Source: a virus. Taken from it: a DNA stretch of 44,291 nt. The DNA lies in the IMG/VR virus record IMGVR_UViG_3300000976_000022, positions 1-44,291 of that record, one strand, 5' to 3'. The translations under genes were made by a program, and so were the position numbers. The notes below the pieces were generated by a model. It did no database searches. It saw only the letters and a program-made list of their open reading frames with translations, and was not told the origin of the DNA. Positions 1 to 6,269 of the stretch are shown here, piece after piece (positions within the stretch are counted from its first letter, which is position 1; each line of letters starts with the position of its first letter).

Positions 1-49
1 TATCTTGGATAACAAAACCTTTTACAACGTTTTCACCTTCACTAGCAGC
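1..49. repeat. Terminal direct repeat (assembly overlap). Nt 1-49 are identical to nt 44243-44291, so the contig closes on itself.
   Basis: Read directly: tatcttggataacaaaaccttttacaacgttttcaccttcactagcagc occurs at both ends in the same orientation. An ORF reads through the joined ends without interruption. Confidence 0.95.
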
Positions 50-319
50 AGGTATTTCAACAGCAACCGGGGCTTCAAAAAATTCAGGGTTAGCTTCAAT
101 ATAAGCAACACCGCTTTTAGACGCCATAAAAGCAGGGTGGTTATTTGCATCAACCATTTCTTCATTACGCAATGCAAATTCATTAGTAAGAAGAATATCT
201 GTATCAGCATCATTTTCATAATGAACAATATTACCATTTTCTTCTGTTGATCCAGCGCAAGCGGCAAGCCCGGCAAGAATGGTATGGGCGGCTAGTGTCA
301 TAGCAATTTTAGTAGACAT
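1..319 (-). CDS. Lipoprotein, 5' part. The ATG is at 317-319. The ORF leaves the window at nt 1 and continues 44242 -> 43875, giving 228 aa in total.
   Basis: Manual minus-strand translation gives MSTKIAMTLAAHTILAGLAACAGSTEENGNIVHYEND... It has a short basic n-region, a hydrophobic h-region and the lipobox L-A-A-C. An AAGGA-containing RBS lies just upstream. The frame is continuous with ORF 43875..44102 across the junction. It is missing from the ORF track because it has no stop at this end of the window. Confidence 0.8.
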   Translation of the reverse strand, partial: MSTKIAMTLAAHTILAGLAACAGSTEENGNIVHYENDADTDILLTNEFALRNEEMVDANNHPAFMASKSGVAYIEANPEFFEAPVAVEIPAASEGENVVKGFVIQD

Positions 320-369
320 ATCTTTTCCTTATTTAAGATTAAAAGCTTCAGCGTGAAACTTGTACATTA

Positions 370-630
370 TTATCTAGTACAATCATAAACCCTTTGCAAG
401 TCTGTTTTTATACTTTTCTTCAAAATATTCATAAAATAGGTGTAATCAACTTTGCCGTTTACAATATCTAAAACACATAACCTATCAACAGAACCTAAAG
501 GGCCTACTGTAATAACGTCTATATGATTATTAGTATTATTACACCTTATATAAAGATGGGAAAAATCAGAAGCACGTTTAACAAATTCTTTTACATTAAT
601 TTTTGACATATCAACTAACCTTTTTAACAC
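370..630 (-). CDS. Hypothetical protein (86 aa)
   Basis: ORF on the leftward early coding strand between the ParB-like gene and the lipoprotein gene. No motif recognised. Confidence 0.6.
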   Translation of the reverse strand: MLKRLVDMSKINVKEFVKRASDFSHLYIRCNNTNNHIDVITVGPLGSVDRLCVLDIVNGKVDYTYFMNILKKSIKTDLQRVYDCTR

Positions 631-665
631 TTTATTAGGTATAAATGTTAAAGATTAATTAAACG

Positions 666-1040
666 TTAATCAGAAACGTCATATGTAGAAGAAGGTGCAG
701 GTAAATTAGAATAACCAAATCTTACAGCTTTTATTGTATCTTTACCAGATATTAAAGCTTTTGTCATTCTATGACGACCATCTAATATATAACCTTCAGG
801 GTGTAATATAATAGGGTATTTAAGATCAGCATCATTAACCTTTTTAACATGCGCTGCTATTGTTAAAAGATCATTACCGAAACTAACAGTATTGGCAAAA
901 GAAAAGCTTTTAATATCTAAATCAAATACTTCAAGCTCTTTAGCACATTCAACTAAATGCGCTATAGTCCATCTACTACCTTCATAACTAACATTTTGGT
1001 TTTTTAAACCATCCCATAAATTAGGTAATTCAATCGGCAT
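666..1040 (-). CDS. ParB/sulfiredoxin-like nuclease-domain protein (124 aa)
   Basis: KYPIILHPEGYILDGRHRMTKA matches the ParB N-terminal domain core (hydrophobic strand, G, then DGxHR). Its start overlaps the preceding small ORF. Confidence 0.6.
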   Translation of the reverse strand: MPIELPNLWDGLKNQNVSYEGSRWTIAHLVECAKELEVFDLDIKSFSFANTVSFGNDLLTIAAHVKKVNDADLKYPIILHPEGYILDGRHRMTKALISGKDTIKAVRFGYSNLPAPSSTYDVSD

Positions 1041-1194
1041 AATTAATCATCCTATAAGTTTGTTCTAAAGACCATTCTATACAGTCTTCAACAATATATT
1101 CTGGTTCTTCACCAGCTTCTAACCGTGCCCACAATACGGGATGCAGCGCCTTTGCAGCTTTCCATAAATAAGCATCACTAATCTTTAACGTCAT
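1030..1194 (-). CDS. Small ORF (54 aa), below the ORF-track length cutoff
   Basis: Manual translation gives MTLKISDAYLWKAAKALHPVLWARLEAGEEPEYIVEDCIEWSLEQTYRMINYAD. It has an ATGA start/stop overlap with 1191..1397, and its 3' end overlaps the ATG of 666..1040, filling an otherwise empty gap. Confidence 0.5.
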   Translation of the reverse strand: MTLKISDAYLWKAAKALHPVLWARLEAGEEPEYIVEDCIEWSLEQTYRMINYAD

Positions 1195-1397
1195 ATATCA
1201 GTAAATTCTTTATCAATAGTTGTATAATTACCACATGAAGGACATTTAATACTATCTTGCATATGTGCGTTATAACCAGAATTATGATATTTAGGTGTCC
1301 ATAATTGATGACTAACATCATCTTCTTCATAATGTAATAATACACCACAAATACAACATTCACATTCTAAAGGAATATTAACTATTGTAACAGTCAT
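1191..1397 (-). CDS. Small zinc-ribbon-like protein (68 aa)
   Basis: Cysteine clusters CECCIC and CPSC lie about 35 aa apart. The start codon overlaps the stop of the upstream gene at 1397. Confidence 0.6.
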   Translation of the reverse strand: MTVTIVNIPLECECCICGVLLHYEEDDVSHQLWTPKYHNSGYNAHMQDSIKCPSCGNYTTIDKEFTDI

Positions 1398-2278
1398 TAT
1401 TTCAATCCTTTAATAATCTTATCAAGTTGGTATTTATCCCATGCCGTTTCTTCTTCACGTTCACGCCATGCATTAGGTTCAATAGCTTCTTTAATATGAC
1501 CTTGAATTAAGTCAACTAAAACTTGTGGTTCAAGTGCATCCAATTCATATGCATCATTTCCATATAATTTAACAAACTTGGCGTGTCTGCTATCAGAAGC
1601 CTTAGCCCAAAACGGTTTAGGTTGATACTTTTTTATTTGATCTTGATTTAATGCAATACGTCTAAAATCAAATGTATCACCGTTACTTAAAAGGGTTAAA
1701 TAATCTTGTATAGATCGCGGTATATCCATACCACTAGGATCAAAATCACCCAAGTATAAATATATAACATCCCTACCTTGCGCCCTATTCCATCTTAAAC
1801 GCTTTGCTGCTTCATACATAGCTGAAACAGATACAAAACCCTTACAAGCAAAAAAGTTAACATCATAGTCAAAACAGGCTTTTTCTAAAACGCCTATCAA
1901 AGCGTCTTTTTCACACCATACTTCAAACCGTACATCTTGACCTTTCCACATATCTTTATTGTAGGTATGGTATAGGCGTGTAATAGCATCTTTAGGGCTG
2001 CTATAATTCTTACGCCCGGATAATGAACGCGCCCGGTCTTCTATCATATCCCAATCAATTAGACCTGCTAAACGGGCATTTTTAAGCAGTTCTGATAGCA
2101 TTTTATATGACTTTTGGCTACTCTCTACATAACCCCTAGAAAGAAATTGATAATAGATTTGACGCAAAGAAAGCCTATAACCTTGATTATAGTATTCTTG
2201 AACAATTTCACGTGCTTGTGTTATACGATCATGTGAAGCAGCATGAAAATTATTATCTTTAAACCATTCTAAAGCCAT
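1397..2278 (-). CDS. Stand-alone Spo11/topoisomerase VI-A-like protein (5Y-CAP winged helix + Toprim), 293 aa
   Basis: LSLRQIYYQ matches the catalytic-tyrosine motif R-x-I-Y-Y. VWCEKDALIGVL carries the Toprim Glu. YLGDFDPSGMDIPRSI carries the Toprim DxD-P-x-G. No GHKL ATPase (B subunit) occurs anywhere in the genome. Confidence 0.7.
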   Translation of the reverse strand: MALEWFKDNNFHAASHDRITQAREIVQEYYNQGYRLSLRQIYYQFLSRGYVESSQKSYKMLSELLKNARLAGLIDWDMIEDRARSLSGRKNYSSPKDAITRLYHTYNKDMWKGQDVRFEVWCEKDALIGVLEKACFDYDVNFFACKGFVSVSAMYEAAKRLRWNRAQGRDVIYLYLGDFDPSGMDIPRSIQDYLTLLSNGDTFDFRRIALNQDQIKKYQPKPFWAKASDSRHAKFVKLYGNDAYELDALEPQVLVDLIQGHIKEAIEPNAWREREEETAWDKYQLDKIIKGLK

Positions 2279-2478
2279 TATTCTTTATCTTCTAATTCAT
2301 TAGCTATTTGAAATAAATGTGATGATACTATATCACATTTACCCGCTAAGTTACGTATTTCTTCAGCACCATATCCGTTATCAGAATTACGAATATTTGT
2401 CAACAATTTAGAATTATCTAGCATATCTTTTTGAATACGCCCTAATCTAACTTTACCAGTATCTTTTATATTACTCAT
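2278..2478 (-). CDS. Hypothetical protein (66 aa)
   Basis: The ORF is coupled to both neighbours, sharing nt 2278 with the next start and overlapping the previous stop by 4 nt. Confidence 0.6.
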   Translation of the reverse strand: MSNIKDTGKVRLGRIQKDMLDNSKLLTNIRNSDNGYGAEEIRNLAGKCDIVSSHLFQIANELEDKE

Positions 2479-2711
2479 TTTATGCTAACCTTCCATCCTG
2501 TTTTTTTAGTATATTTAACAGACAATCTTTTACTATCACACGGTATTACATTATTAACTGCAACAGGTCTAGGATCAACCCAAAAATGAGTTTTAACCAT
2601 AACATAACCCTTAACACATGATTTACTATCTAATACTTCACAAGGCCATACATTACAACCGTTATAATAAAAGTGAGTACAATTACTACTATCAATAATC
2701 TTACCCATCAT
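2475..2711 (-). CDS. Hypothetical Cys-rich protein (78 aa)
   Basis: The ORF overlaps both neighbours. It contains six Cys residues (CTH..., GCNVWPC, SKSC, IPC). Confidence 0.6.
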   Translation of the reverse strand: MMGKIIDSSNCTHFYYNGCNVWPCEVLDSKSCVKGYVMVKTHFWVDPRPVAVNNVIPCDSKRLSVKYTKKTGWKVSIK

Positions 2712-2895
2712 CTTCTACCATATCAGCATAATATTCATCTGCTAAACTATTCATATCAAACCGGGTATTTAACAACGCCCATTTGATCCATTTAATATCA
2801 TTGTCAATAACCCATCTAACGGTTTTACCCTTATGTTTACCAAACCTAAGAGTATCGTATAAAGAGTATTTATAATAAGATACTTTATGTGACAT
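2701..2895 (-). CDS. Small protein with an FGKHKGKT...W..W motif (DUF3820-like)
   Basis: LRFGKHKGKTVRWVIDNDIKWIKW resembles the FGKYKGKT...YL.W signature of the small DUF3820-type domain. A second, weaker copy lies at 4825..5061. Confidence 0.4.
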   Translation of the reverse strand: MSHKVSYYKYSLYDTLRFGKHKGKTVRWVIDNDIKWIKWALLNTRFDMNSLADEYYADMVEDDG

Positions 2896-2901
2896 AACTA
2901 A

Positions 2902-3021
2902 TTACCTTTTATTATCAAACTTTTTAGCTTCTATAATGATTAATCTAATAACATGCAAGATTAAAGCTATTAATACACCCGGTACTATAGAATAATAAAA
3001 TATTTTTAATAAAATAATCAT
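2902..3021 (-). CDS. Small hydrophobic peptide (39 aa), below the ORF-track cutoff
   Basis: Manual translation gives MIILLKIFYYSIVPGVLIALILHVIRLIIIEAKKFDNKR, with one predicted TM helix. It has an ATGA overlap with the stop of the resolvase-like gene. Confidence 0.45.
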   Translation of the reverse strand: MIILLKIFYYSIVPGVLIALILHVIRLIIIEAKKFDNKR

Positions 3022-3488
3022 AATCCAACAGACCATAAAAAATGGTCATAATAAACTTCATAACATTTAAGAAATTCACGCTTAGATACAATAACAGGTG
3101 TTCTATAATTAACAGGTATAAAATTACTACCTGATTTTGCAAATGACTGCATTAAAACACCATTTAACATAACTTGCCATTGGTTACGCGCCGATCTGTA
3201 AAATAATAATGGTTCTTTGCCCACACTATTGGCTTGTTCAACAGCCTGTTTCCACCATTTAGGTAATAGCAGTTTTTCAGCAAACTTAACTTCAACACAA
3301 TATATGGGTATATCTATATCACCAGACTTATCACCGCTATATTGATCTAAATTACGGTACAGTGAATTAGATAAAGCTATTTGAGGGTTAACACCACGTT
3401 TTTTTTCAACTCTTTGCATAACCTCTTTAAATAAAGCTACAACTTCATTTTCACCGCGCTTACCTTTTGTTTGTGATTTCTTAGCCAT
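3018..3488 (-). CDS. PD-(D/E)xK nuclease, Hjc-like Holliday-junction-resolvase candidate (156 aa from the ATG at 3488)
   Basis: KGKRGENEVVALF ... GDIDIPIYCVEVK has the E...D...E-V-K arrangement of Hjc-type resolvases. I chose the start at MAKKSQTKGK rather than the longer track ORF. Confidence 0.55.
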   Translation of the reverse strand: MAKKSQTKGKRGENEVVALFKEVMQRVEKKRGVNPQIALSNSLYRNLDQYSGDKSGDIDIPIYCVEVKFAEKLLLPKWWKQAVEQANSVGKEPLLFYRSARNQWQVMLNGVLMQSFAKSGSNFIPVNYRTPVIVSKREFLKCYEVYYDHFLWSVGL

Positions 3489-3592
3489 AACTAAAACCCC
3501 CATATTGTTTAGCGCTTTTAAGAATATGAGCAATAACTTCTATTGTCCATCCATTACCAAGCATTTTATAACGTTTATATTATTAAATGACA

Positions 3593-3952
3593 CTAATTTA
3601 GCACCTTCATTACCTTTTCACGTTTACGTCTTAATATACGTCTATGCCAACTTAAAGCAAGAAGTATTTCAAGATGTATATCATTACACATTTTAGCATA
3701 ACCACCGCAAATATAATTATGAATATAACTATGACATTCATTACATAGTGTAATGCCGTTACTTATAGTAAATCTTAATTCAGGGAAGTATTTAGCACTT
3801 TTTATATGATGGGCATGACGATTTTTACGACTACCGCAACATTGGCATACTTTATCACGCCTAATAACATAAATTTTCCATAACCTATATAAGCGCGATT
3901 TGCGCCATAGTTTATCAAACTTTTCAGGAAATTGTTTTAAAAGATCATCCAT
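3593..3952 (-). CDS. HNH endonuclease (119 aa)
   Basis: CQCCGSRKNRHAHHIKS ... NGITLCNECHSYIH is the HNH beta-beta-alpha-Me motif with flanking CxxC pairs. Confidence 0.85.
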   Translation of the reverse strand: MDDLLKQFPEKFDKLWRKSRLYRLWKIYVIRRDKVCQCCGSRKNRHAHHIKSAKYFPELRFTISNGITLCNECHSYIHNYICGGYAKMCNDIHLEILLALSWHRRILRRKREKVMKVLN

Positions 3953-3982
3953 TAAACATACTCCACAAAGAATTTAGATGGA

Positions 3983-4011
3983 TCGTTATCATAGGCTTAT
4001 TTTTTGGTCAA
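3983..4011 (-). promoter_or_regulatory. Candidate sigma70-type promoter for the HNH operon segment (TTGACC - 17 nt - TAACGA)
   Basis: It aligns in register with the promoters at 8172 and 12872. All three share the same 53-54 nt distance from the -35 box to the ATG and the same leader ending cttgtGGAGt before the start codon. Confidence 0.45.
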
Positions 4012-4015
4012 GACC
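4006..4015 (-). repeat. GGTCTTGACC motif, copy a (exact)
   Basis: Read directly. Its TTGACC doubles as the -35 box of the promoter above. Confidence 0.9.
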
Positions 4016-4016
4016 T

Positions 4017-4070
4017 AAAAATAGAAAAACCCCGGCTGCTAAATTACATCATTGTAATAAGGAGCCGGGG
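4017..4070 (-). terminator. Rho-independent terminator (long compound hairpin plus U-tract)
   Basis: On the minus strand the outer stem is CCCCGGCU / AGCCGGGG and the inner stem is AUUACA / UGUAAU. The hairpin is followed by UUUUUCUAUUUUU. Confidence 0.7.
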
Positions 4071-4135
4071 TTAATTTGGGGGCTTTCTAACTCAAATGAA
4101 TTAGAAAACTGAATGTGCAAACGTGAATGGATGCA
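4022..4135 (-). ncRNA. Candidate phage small RNA (~110 nt) bounded by its own promoter and terminator
   Basis: There is no ORF on either strand. A TTGACA-16-TATTAA promoter lies upstream and a terminator downstream. An internal hairpin is UUUCUAAUUCAuuUGAGUUAGAAA. AUUCA occurs three times at roughly 15-nt spacing. Confidence 0.4.
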
Positions 4136-4141
4136 ACACCC

Positions 4142-4169
4142 TTAATATATAATAATTTATGGTTGTCAA
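4142..4169 (-). promoter_or_regulatory. Candidate sigma70-type promoter (TTGACA - 16 nt - TATTAA)
   Basis: Read directly on the minus strand. The -35 hexamer is perfect. Confidence 0.5.
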
Positions 4170-4172
4170 GGT

Positions 4173-4225
4173 GAAAACCCCATTAAATCGAGAGAGTTCA
4201 AGCACATTGATCTAATAGGGTTTTC
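4173..4225. other. Extended bipartite inverted repeat (8 + 8 bp stems, 19-nt apical loop) in the 3' UTR of gene 4254..4703
   Basis: GAAAACCC (4173-4180) pairs with GGGTTTTC (4218-4225). ATTAAATC (4182-4189) pairs with GATCTAAT (4209-4216) at 7 of 8 positions. Confidence 0.6.
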
Positions 4226-4253
4226 GGGGCGCGTCTATTATCTAGCAGATAAA

Positions 4254-4703
4254 TTATGTAGGATCAACTAAAATATAATGTTCTTTAGGTACTAATAATG
4301 TACTTGATACATATACAAAATTACGCCCGGTTTCCTGTAATTTTATATGACCTAATGCAGCATCAATAATAAATAATCTTGCATAATCGTTATCATAAAC
4401 ATGTAAGAAATTGTAAAAATTAGCAGCCTTATTTACAAGCTTTGAAACATCTACTGCTGTTTCACTCCACCCCCTAGTATTAGGATCACGAAAGTTAAAA
4501 TTAAGTTTAGCACCGGGAATAGTTAAATCATGGCCTGTTTCAATGATAGGTGTTGCAGCAGCAGTACCAGCTATATCAACATCTTCTACATGTTCATTTT
4601 CTATAATATAGCTAATTACAGGTAGTAATACAAGATCATCAAAAGATTTACCTTTTGTGTTATCTGTAGCTTCTTTTAATTGTTCTTCATATTTGGTACG
4701 CAT
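4254..4703 (-). CDS. Hypothetical protein (149 aa) in its own transcription unit
   Basis: The ORF has an upstream TTGACA promoter and an AGGGGAA RBS. It is followed by a structured non-coding region. No motif recognised. Confidence 0.7.
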   Translation of the reverse strand: MRTKYEEQLKEATDNTKGKSFDDLVLLPVISYIIENEHVEDVDIAGTAAATPIIETGHDLTIPGAKLNFNFRDPNTRGWSETAVDVSKLVNKAANFYNFLHVYDNDYARLFIIDAALGHIKLQETGRNFVYVSSTLLVPKEHYILVDPT

Positions 4704-4742
4704 GGTTAAATTCCCCTATAAAATGCAATTTAATAAGGAAAT

Positions 4743-4770
4743 TAATTACCCAAAACTTAAACAGTGTCAA
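4743..4770 (-). promoter_or_regulatory. Candidate promoter (TTGACA - 16 nt - TAATTA)
   Basis: Read directly on the minus strand, 61 nt upstream of the ATG at 4703. Confidence 0.4.
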
Positions 4771-4824
4771 GGTATTATATAATGATAACGCCGGGCATAT
4801 TCATTACACATTATTATATCTATA

Positions 4825-5061
4825 TTATAATAATGATCCTTTTCCACACCTATCTGTTACACGTTGTTTTTCATCTAATAAACTCCAATTTAACAACGTT
4901 AAAGCCTTACCGCTAAGTTTAATATATTTACGCTTATATATGTAAATTAAATACTTAGGATTATGTTTTATTATATAACCTATCGTGTACCCTTTATACA
5001 TACCTTGCGGCATTATAAAACGTTCTTGATAAGATGTTAAACCAGACCATTTAGAGGCCAT
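4825..5061 (-). CDS. Hypothetical protein (78 aa), weak DUF3820-like pattern
   Basis: MPQGMYKGYTIGYIIKHNPKYLIYIY loosely resembles the FGKYKGKT...YL.W signature. The start overlaps the upstream small ORF. Confidence 0.5.
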   Translation of the reverse strand: MASKWSGLTSYQERFIMPQGMYKGYTIGYIIKHNPKYLIYIYKRKYIKLSGKALTLLNWSLLDEKQRVTDRCGKGSLL

Positions 5062-5227
5062 AAGAACGCGATTTCATACGGCTTTTATTACCCCTTTTTC
5101 TACGTTTCTTGATATTTGATTTTGTACCCGGTTTACACTTTGGCGGGCTAGGATCGTTCATATCCCATCTTAGATTACATGTAGAACAATACATTTCATC
5201 AATTTGTTGTCTAGCATTACAAGCCAT
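5051..5227 (-). CDS. Small Cys-containing basic protein (58 aa), below the ORF-track cutoff
   Basis: Manual translation gives MACNARQQIDEMYCSTCNLRWDMNDPSPPKCKPGTKSNIKKRRKRGNKSRMKSRSYGL. It fills the 5062-5239 gap, and its stop overlaps the next start. Confidence 0.45.
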   Translation of the reverse strand: MACNARQQIDEMYCSTCNLRWDMNDPSPPKCKPGTKSNIKKRRKRGNKSRMKSRSYGL

Positions 5228-5239
5228 ATTACCTAGTCC

Positions 5240-5512
5240 TTACATAAAGTTAGCTGGATCGTAATCACCATATAAAAGGCTAAACGAAACAGGCATTGAA
5301 AGCACCATTACCATTATATCATTATATTTATGTTTATTTGTAAAATCAACTGCTTGTTTGCCAAATAGATGTATAGCAAATTCACGGTTAATATGTATTT
5401 CTTTCGGTCTTGGATAACTAGCCGGGTTAGTGGCTGCTGAAAGTATTATTTCATAGCTTTCTAATCGTGTAGGCGGCTCTACAACAACTAAACCATTTAT
5501 AACATCACTCAT
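5240..5512 (-). CDS. Hypothetical protein (90 aa)
   Basis: The ORF shares nt 5512 with the upstream stop (ATGA-type coupling). Confidence 0.6.
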   Translation of the reverse strand: MSDVINGLVVVEPPTRLESYEIILSAATNPASYPRPKEIHINREFAIHLFGKQAVDFTNKHKYNDIMVMVLSMPVSFSLLYGDYDPANFM

Positions 5513-5742
5513 TATAAAACCTTACATTCTCTATCTTTTAATAGATTGTTTTTCACCATTCTTACGGTTGATGTAGAAGAACGATTAACACCCATGTACG
5601 TACTCATTTTAATACCATTTTTCATATAAATTAATTCAGCATGACCGCCATGTGATTTATAATCCAATTTTACATATTCATAACCCGGCATATGCTTGAA
5701 CATTCGTTTAAGATCACGTCTTAATTTACCTTGACCTGCCAT
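5512..5742 (-). CDS. Hypothetical protein (76 aa)
   Basis: The ORF sits in a coupled chain. SHGGHAELIY...STVRMVKNNL has only a faint HicA/YcfA-like pattern, too weak to call. Confidence 0.6.
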   Translation of the reverse strand: MAGQGKLRRDLKRMFKHMPGYEYVKLDYKSHGGHAELIYMKNGIKMSTYMGVNRSSTSTVRMVKNNLLKDRECKVL

Positions 5743-5748
5743 AAATAA

Positions 5749-5856
5749 CTATTCTTGAAGCTTAAAATATAACCATATTAATAAACTAGCTGTTAGAGCA
5801 ACGCAACCTATAATTACATTAATAGCTTTCCATTGTTCAAATGTAATATCAAGCAT
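5749..5856 (-). CDS. Small membrane peptide (35 aa)
   Basis: The internal ATG of track ORF 5749..5961 gives MLDITFEQWKAINVIIGCVALTASLLIWLYFKLQE. This start overlaps the stop of 5849..6073. The longer form would overlap that gene by more than 100 nt. Confidence 0.4.
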   Translation of the reverse strand: MLDITFEQWKAINVIIGCVALTASLLIWLYFKLQE

Positions 5857-6073
5857 TTTTAAACCTCTTACGCTCTTTACGTTCACACCACGCCTTAGCT
5901 TGTTTAAGTGTTCTAAAGGGGTTTGATTGATCCTTAACGTGCCATTCTGTAGGATCGCCATATTGAGCTATAAATTCATTGTTTTTATATACAATAAAAT
6001 AATCTTCATTTTGGCTAACCCATCCATCATTAGCACCATGAATAGACCATTGTAATAATCGCTTTTTAGTCAT
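5849..6073 (-). CDS. Hypothetical protein (74 aa)
   Basis: The ORF shares nt 6073 with the upstream stop. Confidence 0.6.
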   Translation of the reverse strand: MTKKRLLQWSIHGANDGWVSQNEDYFIVYKNNEFIAQYGDPTEWHVKDQSNPFRTLKQAKAWCERKERKRFKNA

Positions 6074-6267
6074 TATTTATCCTTAACTTTTTTAATAACT
6101 TCATCAATATCTAAATCAGGATCATATGATATATTAGTATATTCATATTCATTTTTAAATACTACAATATACCAATCACCATCAATAAAAAAATCCTTAA
6201 ATTCATAACCGGGTATTCCATTAATGCGTTTTTGTAGATTTAATTCATACTCTCTTAAAGAAGTCAC
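6073..6267 (-). CDS. Hypothetical protein (64 aa, GTG start)
   Basis: The ORF lies on the coding strand. The first codon read from the sequence is GTG. Confidence 0.5.
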   Translation of the reverse strand: MTSLREYELNLQKRINGIPGYEFKDFFIDGDWYIVVFKNEYEYTNISYDPDLDIDEVIKKVKDK

Positions 6268-6269
6268 TT

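Noticed and set aside
5-276. Track ORFs 5..250 (+) and 22..276 (-)
   Set aside because: Both overlap the junction-spanning lipoprotein ORF (a different frame of the minus strand) and have implausible hydrophobic, low-complexity translations. The third minus frame gives a clean signal peptide and continues across the circular junction.
1178-1363. Track ORF 1178..1363 (-), 61 aa
   Set aside because: It is an alternative frame lying entirely inside the zinc-ribbon ORF 1191..1397. Its translation is AT-codon noise rich in I, V, L, N and K.
2945-3142. Track ORF 2945..3142 (-), 65 aa
   Set aside because: It overlaps the 3' end of the resolvase-like gene in another frame. The gap is better explained by the ATGA-coupled 39-aa ORF 2902..3021.
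3489-3533. N-terminal extensions proposed by the track (3489..3533, 12781..12828, 12872..12931, 9567..9575, 6662..6772, 5857..5961)
   Set aside because: The extensions start at GTG/TTG or run into promoters or neighbouring genes. Internal ATGs with an RBS or start/stop coupling give more parsimonious genes.
3505-3696. Track ORF 3505..3696 (+)
   Set aside because: It is antisense to the HNH gene in a block transcribed leftward. It has no RBS, and its composition is typical of antisense AT-rich frames.
5512-5742. HicA/YcfA-like toxin call for the 76-aa ORF, with 5240..5512 as the antitoxin
   Set aside because: There is only a faint GGH...hydrophobic pattern. The canonical GSH context and a HicB-like partner are not evident, which is too weak without a profile search.
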